Source of the DNA: Massalongia carnosa
Taxonomy: Eukaryota
Assembly (NCBI GenBank): GCA_965645245.1
Contig: OZ287087.1
Span: 1,364,001 to 1,428,000 of the forward strand
DNA: 64,000 bases
Direction of reading: 5' to 3'
Shown here: piece after piece, positions 1 to 11,644 of the stretch
How the letters are laid out: every line of letters begins with the position of its first letter
Numbering within the stretch: the first letter of the stretch is position 1
Program-made: the position numbers and the translations under genes
The notes under the pieces: generated by a model
What the model was told of the DNA's origin: nothing
Databases searched by the model: none
What the model saw: the letters and a program-made list of their open reading frames with translations, nothing else

Positions 1-385
1 AACGTTCTTGTCTTAGTCTATCTACATATTGATTTCGTCATTCAAGAAAGCAAATAGTGTTCAGATATTTTGTTTTCAAGACAATCTCGTGACTTTGTTA
101 TATGTAAGATATCTTATGACGTGGAATGCATGTTTCTAACAACATCATCTCAGGACGATCTTCGTTTGAAGAATTTCATCAGATTAGCTCAAGATTCTTT
201 TGAATCAGGAGTGCTTTGAAACAGTGTGATATTTGGTTGACAAGATTTCAAGTACCAGTCTGTGTTAGAGCCAAGTGCAAGCAAAACATTTTCTTCGGTC
301 AAGCTATGAGAAGCTAAATACGATTGCACCAACAACTTCAAGCAAAACATCTTTTCTTCATACCAGTACAAAAAAAGGAAAGCGT

Positions 386-1305
386 TCACGAGCTAAACTG
401 ATCCTCGTCTTCGTTCTCGGCCTCGGTGACCTCCATCTCATCCATGATGGTACCAAATTCCTCCGTCTCTGGCTTGTCTGATGATTCCTTTCTCAGACGT
501 TTTGTCCGAGCTGGTTTCAATTTGAAATGGTGTGGCTTGATGTTTTGGTATTTCGCCATTTGGGGAAACGTATCATAGAACTCTAGCAGGGAGGTTCGAT
601 CTGTCCCTTCTGCTCTGGGGGCATCCAAGAACAACTTCGTCTTCGCCGCTAAATTAAGAAAAACCACTTGTTTTATATCAGTATGTAAATATCATCAGTT
701 CTCCCATGCCTTGTCACGTACCTTTAATCCAATAGGGTCCTCGAGGTATTACGCCCTTTTTTGAAGACTCATGAAACATCAAATCTTTTGCAGCCCATGG
801 AAAAACGGTTTCAGCATCGTGAGGATCGTATTGCTGTGCAAAAGCATTGAATAATCTGCTCGAGTCATGCTCGGATTCCAGCAGCCCTAGGTTGTCTCTC
901 CTCATCGTAGACTTCACATAGTCCTAACAAAATTCAGAAGTCGAGTATAAACGCTAATAGCAAGCTACATACTTCAATACAGGTCAGAGAGCGATATTTC
1001 CACGTTGAAACGTTGGACTGCGCTTTGGTGAGTCCTTTCCTGAAATATATATCTTCGTCATCCACATTTTCCTTGATTTCAGTACGTGCGATATGCGCTA
1101 TCTGATCTGCGTCCAACTTGCCATAACGAAGCGCAAATAGCCGCAAAGCAGCCTCCAATCGCATCGCTATTATTTTCCATTCCGACGTAATGGCGTGTCT
1201 TCTCCGCCTCTTTTTTGTTGATATTTCTGCCGCTATTGGCCCTGATTCTATCTCGGATTGTGTCATAGGTTCAAGGACCTCTTCATTTGAGGATGAGATA
1301 TTCAT
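386..1305 (-). CDS. Predicted 3-exon hypothetical protein (~271 aa; exons 1305-973, 923-722, 666-386), head-to-head with the CACTA-like transposase
   Basis: ORF-track fragments 934-1428, 714-917 and 386-667 join in frame via introns 972-924 (GTATGT...TAG) and 721-667 (GTACGT...CTGAT...AAG); total 816 nt. No family recognised. Confidence 0.55.
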
Positions 1306-1660
1306 GATTGTATTTGTGATATCAGCATGAACGATAGTGCAATCGGAAGAAAGCCTGAAGAATGGTAATGTTCTGAAACAGTGTGCTAAAGCCCTAAGAA
1401 CTAAAATATCAACGCACAAGCAGTTCATGAGAATACCTCACCTGCGCACAGAATTGAACTCAGTCATAAGACACGATGCCTCGTCGTGTATTTCAGGATG
1501 ATGTGACGGAGAATATGATGATCGATGAAGGTCATGTTTTGAGGAAGAGAAGAAAGCCTAAACCATTGACACTACTTCAATCATCTCAGCAGTAAGCCTT
1601 CTTCATATCAGTCTGAATAAACCAGACCTTGATGAATTAAGTTTCCAGGGTCCTCCTCTT

Positions 1661-4600
1661 GTGGAAAAGGCATTGATTGTTTCAGCATCCACTGTTCAAA
1701 GCAGTGTCCCACAGGCCAACCCACAGCCTTTCAAAAGTCAACCGATAGACTTCCCCGATCATGAGTCTATGCAAGCCGGTTCTTCATATCAACACAATTC
1801 TGCACATATTCATGAGGAGCAAAAGCAGACTCAGAGCTCAGAACCAATAGCAATGACGCATAAGAAGAGAACCATAGAGAATCTCGATAAAATTCAATCA
1901 TCGTCTAATCAAGTTCCTGAACAACACGTTTAAGACAATTTCCCAGCCGATATAGAGACGGCATTCGATCAAAATAGTGATTATGACCGGGAAACTGATG
2001 AAGAGTTTCAAAAGGTTAATACTCGACCTACTTTAATCGCTGATACATCGGCCTTTGCTGTCGGCTTAATTTCTTCAAATGCTATCATGACATTATCATC
2101 CAATCAACTCGCGGAATTTGATATAGAAATAACAGACACCGCTGAGTCTTTCAACGAGTTTGCCCCTTCTGCTTTTGAAAGTACGATTGATGATGATATC
2201 CGGGTGCCCTCCCGCCCAGTACGAGGAGAAATATCGGATTTCTGTTTGGCTCTTGGTCTCTGGTGTGATAAAGAAGGCATCAAGCGACGCACCTATGATG
2301 GCCTGCTCGAAGTTTTGCAACTGTTAGACATTCATGAAGTGCGAAATTTGCCAAAGCGACTATCAACTTTGCACTCCTGGTGCCGTAAGCGCCTTCCCCT
2401 TCCATCCATTCAGAAGGCAGCGATATCAGTACGACGAGAAAAACAACCCACCGGAACACCAAGACCGGCTCAAGCGAACGTCTATTACTTTGATACTCGA
2501 ACTGTCATCAGTATCTTTCTTTCAGCCACGACTCAACGAAACATTCATATCGGTATGGCAGAGATCGTTGATAGTCCTTCGGAATACTGGCACTCAAACA
2601 GTTGGGGTTCTTCTATTCGCACATGTTCCACTGATTTTGCGAGATTTCCCGATTCATCCCCTATTTTCCCCTCTGACATTGTGCAGTATCGCTGTGGCAA
2701 TGATAAATGTGGAATTATTCATGATAGTCACTGCGGACAGGTCATATTTTTTTGACGTGATCAAAGATTGCGATCTCTGACCCTAGGTCAAACTCTTGTC
2801 AGGGTTCGTCCTTTGATAAGTAGAAAGAACGTCGACGAATATTCAGTTCCAGTCACGTTTGACTGGCCCGAAGATCAGTTGCTTTTGATAGAAGACGTGG
2901 ATCAAGATGTCTTATCCGAGCATGTTCTAGCTCGCCGTTTCGATGTTGCAGTTTGTAGGGATAATCAGTTACGGTCTACAACGCCTGTCTTAATTCGTCA
3001 GATATTCAACGTCACGCGAGGAGATCTTAGATCAATCAATCTTTCATCACCGATTCGAGCGGAATTAGAATTGGAGGTCTTTGGTCGAGAGTACCTAAGC
3101 TCACAGCTAATTAAAGGAGTTCAGTCATATCCTCTAGTCATTTTCATCGACGATTTCGGGTTATATCGAAACATGTATCGTTCCATCACAGGTGTTTATG
3201 CCATGCCAGCAGGCTTGCCCGCCTCGGAACGTCAAAAGAGTTTTAATGCTTACACCATTGCTCTTGGCCCGCACGGATCCGAGTTTAACGATGTGATGAA
3301 CTGTCTTCATACCAGTTTGGGAAACATGGATCGTGGTTGCATTCTTGAAATCAATGGACAGAAACAAGCGGCTTGGGCCCCGATTCTAGCATATCTCGGT
3401 GATATGAAGCAGCAGCAAGCCTCCGGAGGGTTTCTTGGGCCTCGTGCCAACTATTGTTGTCACTTTTGTGATGCGGGCCTTCATAATCGAGGAGATTTGC
3501 AGCGGGATATTCTACTTCATGGTCGTTATCATCATGAGGTGTTGGCTATACGAAAAAAAAGCCTAGCAATAAAAGAAAAGACAAAGAGATTGGCATATCT
3601 TACACGAAATGGGCTCAAATCCGAATCTTCTGCGCTTCAGACATTAACCCCGGCGCTTGATCTTATCATGGGTTGTCCACCGGATCCGGCTCATAGCGAG
3701 TATTACGGACTGGTACGAAGATTGTACCCTCTTCTTTACACGAAAATACTCACGAAACGGGCTGCTGAAGAGTTTACAACTGGCTTGCACTGTTTTCCGT
3801 TTCCACCTGGCTGGGGTCGAATACAGTCTCCGGCTATACATATGACCTCATGGAGTATGAGCGAATGCGCTCGTGCCTCAGTCGTAATACCTCTACTTCT
3901 TCGCTGTTGGTTAAGAAACCATCGAAATGGATTAAAAATCCAGTTTCCTAAAGAATGTCGCCATTGCGCTTCAGATGAAGATTTGATAGTGTTTTGCTTT
4001 GGGAAACTCGCATGGAGTAACACGTTAATCTCGTCTTTCGAGTTATCCCTTAAAGATCGTCAAGAATTTCACAGTCAAATCATCAATGCTCGACAAAATT
4101 TTTTAGGTCTGATGAATGCAGCACAAAATCCAAAAGGACAAGGAAAGAAGAAAGACAACGAGAAAAGTGATTTTGTCACTGAAGAGTTGTCTTCCAGTTC
4201 TAGACGAGCATCGATTTCTGAAACATCCATAAACATCCTTGATGGTGACTCGGACACTCCATTTGAAGAGGCGTCCGTTGATAATCTTGCATCAGATACC
4301 AACATGGGACTTTCTGCATCAATGACTGCTCGGAATGGCGAAGCCAATAAGCTGCCAAACTTTCATATCGGTATGCATTTCGAAAGAGTCATGCAGGAGT
4401 ATGGTGTTCTGTGGAACGTTAATGTACTCTTTGGAGAAGATAAACATCGCCTTTTTAAGCAAGCTGTATTGTCAACAAATCATCGAAAGCCAGAGCGACA
4501 GCCTTTAGTGAAAGCCGCTATCCTCTTCACTGTTGTCGCTCTTTTGAATGACTCGTTTCGTCATACCGATCTGGAGATCACTCTGCAAATGATTCGTTTG

Positions 4601-5729
4601 AAGCGGAACTGCCCGGCTCTTCTTGAGAGTCTATTATTCCACGGGGATCGCTCACAAACAGACGATCAGGAGTCGACAAATACTTGTCTATTAGAATCTC
4701 CCTCATATCTAAAACCTGCAGTGCGGGGAAAGCTCAAACCTTCCTATGCACAAAATCAAGGTCTTCCTATCAGAATAACCAACTCTACAGAGCTCCGATT
4801 TAGGCAACTGATGCAGACTACTATGATCGAGTATGGCCTTAACTGCGTCCAATGGGGAAACAAGCCTTTGTACTGGTATGAATAATGCTCCTTTACTGTC
4901 AGGTCGACCGGCAAACGTTTCTCATTGCATATTGGCGACTTTCTTCGAATCCGCTCTGGCACATATGCTCAGCTTCGACAAATTTATACTCACTGTCTAC
5001 CATTTGAGGATATTCAGCGAGTTTTCCTTTGGATTCGACTGCTAGAGACCGCTTCCTATAAAGACGAGGTCCTAAATTTAAGCATCTTTCAACTGACAAA
5101 CACGGATAGAATAATCCCGTTATTCTTTGTTGATCCAGATAAGATCTACATTGTTCCTATCAATCGTACACTCAATGAGCCAGTATCCTCACATACTATG
5201 CCGACCATAAGTTCAAGCAGTAACAAAGAATCAGACATGGATTTGTTACATTGTACATGGGGAATCTGTCACGGAATCGCTTCGCACCCTTCCGCTTGTC
5301 CTGATCGGGTTAGTATTTAACAGTGCCCATTGCTGTGAAATCTCACCCATCGTGCTCAGGCGTTCTTCTGCCGCCCTCAGCGCACTATCATTCTCCTACA
5401 ATCCGTATCCAATCTCCACGTCTCCACTATCCAGGCTTATGACTGAGAGTGCTTCAGCACAGATAAAGGCGGGATAGGTCAAAGCAATCATGTTAAGGAA
5501 ATTAGTATAGGAACAGAGATGGGGCAAGTCGAGAATAGGAGAGTTGAAAGCCATGGCTATAAAGTCTATGTGGTTTCCCAGGTGTTTAGAGCTCTTCATC
5601 GGACGTCTTGTGTATTATTCTCAACTTCTAGTTTTAGCATATCTAGATATCCGTTCTGCAAGATAGAGTCTTGTATCTCTCCAGCCCTCCCCTGACAGAA
5701 TCAACTTATTGTTAGAAAAATCGTCATGA
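1661..5729 (+). pseudogene. CACTA/EnSpm (CMC)-like DDE transposase, broken by stops and a solo LTR
   Basis: ORFs 1661, 2087, 2768 and 4925 share one frame separated by stops (1931-33, 2753-55, 4883-85). Motifs FIDDFG, YLGDM..CHFC, PDPAH, GEDKH resemble the CMC catalytic core. Last codons resume after the LTR at 5703. No TIRs found. Confidence 0.65.
5267..5697. mobile_element. Solo LTR (431 bp)
   Basis: TGTCA...TGACA termini; TSD GAATC at 5262-5266 and 5698-5702. Confidence 0.9.
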
Positions 5730-6921
5730 CGACTGAACTGATGTCGCGTGAATTTAGGACAACACTTTCGCTACTAGCCTCAAATATCATGTTGATCTTC
5801 ATTTCACTTCATCTACCCTTTTTTATCTTTACCTTTTCATCCATCCTTACCTTTTTTCTCATCTTTATCTTTCTTCGCATGCGTCATTGATTTGTTCTTT
5901 CAATCCTATTGCTCATTCCTTCGTAATCTGAGTACTACTATCGATCTCTTCTCGATCATCAGTTCTTAAACTGGTATGATCGTCTGACTTGATTTTGAGA
6001 TACAACCTCATCTCACATTGCATTATCACAGATTTCAGCCTCTACTTATCCACATCATGGAAGAAAATGTTTATTCCTCATAATATCTTCATCTAAAGCT
6101 TTTAACTTACCTTTTTTCAGGCGATCCCGATCACGCCTAGAAAAACGAGGAGAGCGGTAAAGAAGGATATAGATAAAAAGATGACAAATGAGAACTAGGA
6201 CTCTCATGCCAAGTTTTTCAAGAATGAACCAAAGACAGCCGCTTATTTAGGATACAGCGATGTCGCCGAATAGAGGAAGTTTCGGTTCAGTAGTGTTGTA
6301 CTGGAATGGTATATTCCATATCATCAAAACTGCCAACAGAGAAGTGTCAAAACTCCTCTGGCGCTTCTTCGAGATCTTCCTGACCTGTCAGATGCTTTTC
6401 CAGCTGACTTAGGTCAGCTTCTTTCAAAATATCCTATTACAGATCAGGATGATAGGGCCAACAGGCATCAAAGCAATGATAGCAGGGACTATCTATATGT
6501 CGTCATACTTTTTCGACTCGCAGAAGCTATTGATGAGGTTTCGTCTACTAGATCTTATGATGTTGAAAGACACAGAGCGGCTTCAAACCGATTTGAAAAA
6601 ATTAGGGTTCGGATACGGGGACACCGGGTAGGATGCATGTACACCGGGCACTTGATGCATGTACACCGGGCACTTGATGCATGTACACCGGGCACTTGAT
6701 ACATATACACCCTCTTCCCAAAAAGGTAAAGGGCCGGCACATTTCGCACCACTTTACCTTTCTTGGTTAGCAGATGAAAAATCAGATGAGATCTTGAAAT
6801 TTTCAATTGATGCATCATCTTTCTCAATCATTCTCAAATTATGCCTCTGGCTCCTCCTCACGATGACCAGGTTTTTTCCACCTTGGAAGAACTCATTCTC
6901 AGCGTCAATACTCACGCCGGC

Positions 6922-6993
6922 GGCCTGCTGGGTCAGAAACCTCTACGTGGTGCAGGCTATCAACACCTCCTCGGAGGTGGCCAATATCTGATC
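6922..6993 (+). ncRNA. HDV-like self-cleaving ribozyme
   Basis: P1 GGCCTGC 6922-28/GCAGGCT 6952-58 (G1-U wobble); P2 GGTCAGAA 6931-38/T(A)TCTGATC 6985-93; P3 ACC/GGT around L3 TCTACGT; single P1.1 pair U6944-A6959; P4 CACCTC/GAGGTG; J4/2 GCCAA with putative catalytic C6981. Confidence 0.82.
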
Positions 6994-7078
6994 ATCGCCA
7001 ACGCGGAAGTCCACCTCGGTGGCCATTTGAACGATCAACGTCTCTACTGATCATTCGTCACCTCGAAGGCACACATAC

Positions 7079-7224
7079 AAAGCCCATTCATTCGAAATGG
7101 CCACACCCCTCAGGCGGAAGCCTTTCACCTCATCGAAAAAGCCCACTCATTCGGAATGGCCACACCCCTCAGGCGGAAGCCTTTCACCACATCGAAAAAG
7201 CCCATTCATTTAGAATGGCCACAC
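7079..7224 (+). repeat. 59-bp tandem repeat (~2.5 units) inside the retroposon
   Basis: Units start 7079, 7138, 7197 (AAAGCCCAYTCATT...GGCCACAC); full units carry an AGGC-GGAA-GCCT hairpin. Confidence 0.9.
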
Positions 7225-9541
7225 TTACACACCTTCATTTATACGACACCACGATCTGCCCTCGATCACGGCCAGTCTTTCCTCCATTGAATCAAAACGT
7301 TTAAAGAGAGAGAACGTTCGTCGAACGTGTGAAAATACACTGTCTAGTTCATCGAGTCTATAGGATTCCTAGCGCTTGAAGATCTGGGTGTACGCACCGC
7401 GTGGTAGAAGGACGGTCTCGTTGCGTTCAACATGGAACAAGGGAGTGGTTTTACCCTGGGGGCCAGGTTTCCACTTCCTGACTGTTGTTTATGTACATAA
7501 ATAGCAGTCACAGCGTCATATCCTTAGGATGCATACGCTTAATGAATTAATAATAATAAACTCACGCCGGCTCAGAAGGATACGCGGTGGTCACAGCTAG
7601 ATCAAAGAAATCAGATCTTGGCATCAAGAGAAAAGTCTGGTTGCGCTGCGACAGGGGAGGTAGCAATCGAATACCTCGAGGCAGAGATAGACGTCATACT
7701 AATACTCGAATCATCGATTGTCAGTTCAAGGTCACGGCGGTGCGAAACAGAGTGGATGGAACCTGGTTATTGGAAGTAATCAACCCATTCCATAATCATG
7801 AAGCTACAATTGCTGGATCGCATCCAACGTTACGCAAAATGGCTATGACTGAAGAGATTAAGAACGACATCTCTAGACAATTGACCGTGCAAACAGCTCC
7901 TTCTAAGATTCTCTCCACCCTTCGTATTGACACCGATAACAACAATCCGTTATTCAAGCCTCGAGATATCTACAACATCAAGGCACAGCTGAGACGAGAT
8001 ACTCTAGGTCCTTTAACCCCGGTTCAGGCATTGATGCAGGAACTTGATCAAAACGACTGGACGTATAACTATCAGAAAGACATTCGCAATCAGATCACCC
8101 ACTTATTCTTCGTGAGAGGAACATCCCAAACTCTACTGAAGGTCAATCATGAAGTTCTGGTCATGGATTGCACCTACAAAACCAACAGATATAAACTTCC
8201 GTTGCTGATCATCAGCGGGCAAACGGCCCTACATACTAATTTCTATGTCGCGTTTTGCTTCATGGCAAAGGAGAAGCAGGTGGATTATGAGTGGACATTG
8301 GGACAATTGAAGTCGTTGTATGCGCAGTTGCAAATTCCAGATCCGGTGGTTGTTGTGACCGACATGGAGCGTGGGTTGATGAATGCCGTGCGATTGATCT
8401 TTCCCAATACGAATCATCTGCTCTGTCTTTGGCATATCAACAAGAATGTGACGGCAAATTGCAAGAAGGACTTCAATACCAAAGAAGAATGGGATGACTT
8501 CATATCCGCCTGGACTTCTGTTGTATACGCCGCTTCCAGAGTTGATTACGAGTCGGCGTGGCAGGGAATGAATGACACCTACTATCTAACGTATGGAGAA
8601 TGTTTGGATTATCTGCGAGAAACGTACATCATGTCCTTTCATCGTCGCTTCGTGAAATTTCAAACCGATCAGGTGTTACATTTCGGAACCACAACTACTT
8701 CTAGAGGTGAGGGGGGGCACGCAGCTCTTAAACGTCATCTCGGAGTATCAACAGGTAATGAGTACAACCCTAAGAAACATTCAATACTGACTGAGCTGTA
8801 GGAGATTTGAAAACAGTTGTAGATGGCATCAACCGACTTCTAATCAACGAGCGACAAAATTACATGATAGCCTTTGACGAAGCGAAGATGCGATACCCTA
8901 TGGATCTTCGAAAACCAGTTTTCAATCGCATCGCGGCGTTCGTAACCCCATACGCATTGAGAAGAATGGATGATCAATACAGACTGTTGACGGACCAAGC
9001 AACGGCAGTCAATCGTTGCACTGGAAGCTTTACAACTACTACCGGATTACCATGCAGTCACAAAATGCAGGAACGTTCATTCGGACCTGAGGGATGTCTG
9101 ATTTTGGAAGATGTCCATCCTCATTGGAGGTTTGAAAGATCTTCCTTACCTGATCCAATCAATGATCCAACTCTCGATCCGCTACTTCAGGTGGAAGAAC
9201 CAGCAGTTGTCCAACCTCGAGGACGTCCTGCAGGGGCGGAGAATCGTAGACAAGCATTGGACAACTCCACCTATCGGAATCCATCTCAATTCGAAATCGT
9301 TGAAGGTGAAATAGCAGAGCAACATGGGAATGAACTGCCAGCGGATATCGAACGAGTTCTGGCAAGAGCCGAGGCTACACCAGCGGGACGCGGGCGCGGG
9401 CGCGGGCGCGAGCGACGACGAGATGAAGGTGAGGTGGCAGGTACTCGTGCCTCATCCAGGCCTGCGACTCAAGCAGCAACTAGGGCGCGCAGGGCGGGCA
9501 GGGCGGACAGGGCGGACAAGGCGAAAAAGGTCGGCGAGGCG

Positions 9542-9603
9542 GGCAGAGGGGGCAGGGGGGGCAGGGGGGGCAGGGGGGGCAGGGGGGGCAGGGGGGGCAG
9601 GGG
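9542..9603 (+). repeat. (GGCAGGGGG)n 9-bp repeat encoding the transposase RGG tail
   Basis: Direct reading; translates GRGGRGGRGGRGGRGGRGGRG. Confidence 0.9.
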
Positions 9604-10163
9604 AAGAAGGGGTAGGACTGACGAGGCAATTACGACCGAGTAGCTAGAAGATATCATCTTATCAATCTTGATGAGATGCAACAGATCAATGCTAAAAACT
9701 TCATTGCCGCATAGTTTTCAAATCACCATCTGATTTTTCATCTACTAACCAAGAAAGGTAAAGTGGTGCGAAATGTGCCGGCCCTTTACCTTTTTGGGAA
9801 GAGGGTGTATATGTATCAAGTGCCCGGTGTACATGCATCAAGTGCCCGGTGTACATGCATCCTACCCGGTGTCCCCGTATCCGAACCCTTTCAAATAGTC
9901 ATTCCAACCACCACAAGGTCCTATGACCACCCACGGCGAGCCTATCATGGCACCCCATCGGCCTGAGGGTCACCCCGAGCACCTCCATTTATTTCTACAT
10001 ATCCAAACGGAGTAAAAACGTTTCAAAATAGACTACAAATAGTTGGGTTATAAGTGATTTTTGGAGATAGCCATTTCTGCGCAAAGAAATCACGACATGT
10101 CGAAGCACTAACAATCAACGACTCTTCGAAAAATATATCAATATTAACGAGATAAGGAACAAC

Positions 10164-11644
10164 ATGAACGCTGAATTCGAAGAATCATTCGTGGTCGCGC
10201 ACACGCAGCAGAGAGATTATCTGCTGGACAAGATAAATGATTATCTTGTAGGAATAGGAGATGAGGGTTAACCGGAGGGGACCATAGTCCTGCAGGAAGT
10301 GGAAACTTTTCTCGAAAATCAGAGAAATTTCGACAACGACAACGACGATGACAAGACGTCGAAGACTCTAAACGTCACGTTAACAGAAATCCAGAAAAGC
10401 CTTGCTCGCATCGAAGGAGCAAAAGCAGTCACAACAAACTCGGATAACTACGCCGCCGCTGCCACCAGAGGCCAGGCCGCTTAAGCCCCACCGGTCCCAC
10501 GTCGCACGAAGCCAACTGCACACTTAAAGCACACCGAGCCCTCGCCTCAAGAGATTCGAAAGGCCAGGGAAATAACCATCGTCGTCCCGAACACAATAGA
10601 CAAAGAAAAACCAAAGAACGTGACAACAAAAGATCTCGTGGAGACACTACAACGTGAGACGAAGGGGATTCGGGGAATATCACGTCTCATGAGCGGAGAT
10701 CTCAAGATTCATACCGAATCTTTAGAGGCCAAAAAGCTCCTACAAGAGAAACCGGAGTGGGTTCAAATTGTAGCCGAATCAGCCGCGATAAAGACACGAA
10801 CGTACTCTATCAGGGTAAATGGTGTCAAGGTCGAAAATATCAAAACCGCCAACCAATCGCAGGCTATAGAGTACCTACAGGCCGCTAACGCACGTCTGCA
10901 CCTGAACCTGAAGATCAAGAAATAGCCTGGTCCGTCAAAGCTATAAGGGAAAAAAAGACGTATTCTACGCTACATATGGAAGTCGCAACCGCCGAAACGG
11001 CCAACCGGATCATAGCCGAAGGCCTTGTGGTCGACTATGAAATCAAAGATTGTGAAAGGTTCACCAAGGGATGTACCATGACGCAATGCTTCAACTGTCA
11101 CAAATACGGTCACATAGGTCGCTCATGTCCAAATCCTACCGCCTGTGGCCACTGCGCCGGGGGCCATCCCAGCACCGAATGCAACATGGAAACGACGGGT
11201 AGATACCGAAGATGTGCTGCATGCAGTGAAAAAGGCCATGAAGCCTGGTCCACATCCTGCGAAATCAGGAAATCGGAAAAACGCAAAGCAGACAAGGCTA
11301 TGCAAAATCGGGTTCCGTTTTATCCAGTCGCTGTCCCAACACCAACAGTGTTTAGATTTCAAGAGGAAACAACAGTTATAAATTCAACCGATACAAGCAG
11401 CAAAAAACGAAAGACCGCACCCCCACCAGGTTCACCGCCGATTCCCCCTAAAATCGGAATCACATGGGCGGACACGGGTATCATGAATCCAGAGAACATG
11501 ACAAAAGCTCTTGCAAAACCAGTTGTAGGCAGACCCCCAATCAGGCCGCGAGACGAGTCTACAGCTCCGATTACGCCTAGCTCCAACGCATCAATCAGCG
11601 CCGTCTCCTCGACTTCTCAGGTCGAAATCATGGACGTCTTATGA
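10164..11644 (+). pseudogene. LINE-A ORF1 (gag-like), with stops and frameshifts
   Basis: CFNCHKYGHIGRSC, CGHCAGGHPSTEC, CAACSEKGHEAWSTSC knuckles; stop overlaps the ORF2 start (ATGA, 11641-44). Confidence 0.85.

Larger units (their letters stand above)
6922..7559 (+). mobile_element. Non-autonomous non-LTR retroposon (SINE/SIDE-like) with 5' HDV-like ribozyme and (TAA)n tail
   Basis: 12-bp TSD ACTCACGCCGGC (6910-6921, 7560-7571); ends TTAATAATAATAA; no long ORF; splits the MULE reading frame. Confidence 0.9.
6841..9643 (+). pseudogene. MULE transposase, otherwise open but disrupted by the 6922-7559 retroposon; intron 8755-8801
   Basis: Removing the insert restores NTHAG|SEGYAVVTARSK. MDCTYKTN, VTDME, LCLWH, SRGEG motifs. 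Splicing GTAATG..CTGAC..TAG gives STGDLK. SWIM-like C..GLPCSH; RGG-rich tail. Confidence 0.9.
6605..9888 (+). mobile_element. Mutator-like element MULE-1 with long TIRs
   Basis: TIRs GGGTTCGGATACGGGGACACC.../...GGTGTCCCCGTATCCGAACCC (~160-185 bp) around a MULE transposase; no matching TSD. Confidence 0.93.

Noticed and set aside
5730..6590. CACTA terminus or a gene after the transposase
   Set aside because: No TIR or convincing reading frame recognised.
6591..6604. Inverted match of MULE-1 flanks (ATTTGAAA/TTTCAAAT) as an extended TIR
   Set aside because: Short, AT-rich and offset by 6 bp; could be chance.
6632..6711. 22-bp direct repeats as a CRISPR-like array
   Set aside because: No spacers; mirrored in the opposite MULE TIR; eukaryotic context.
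6841..7050. 69-aa ORF as a small gene
   Set aside because: MULE N-terminus reading through into the retroposon.
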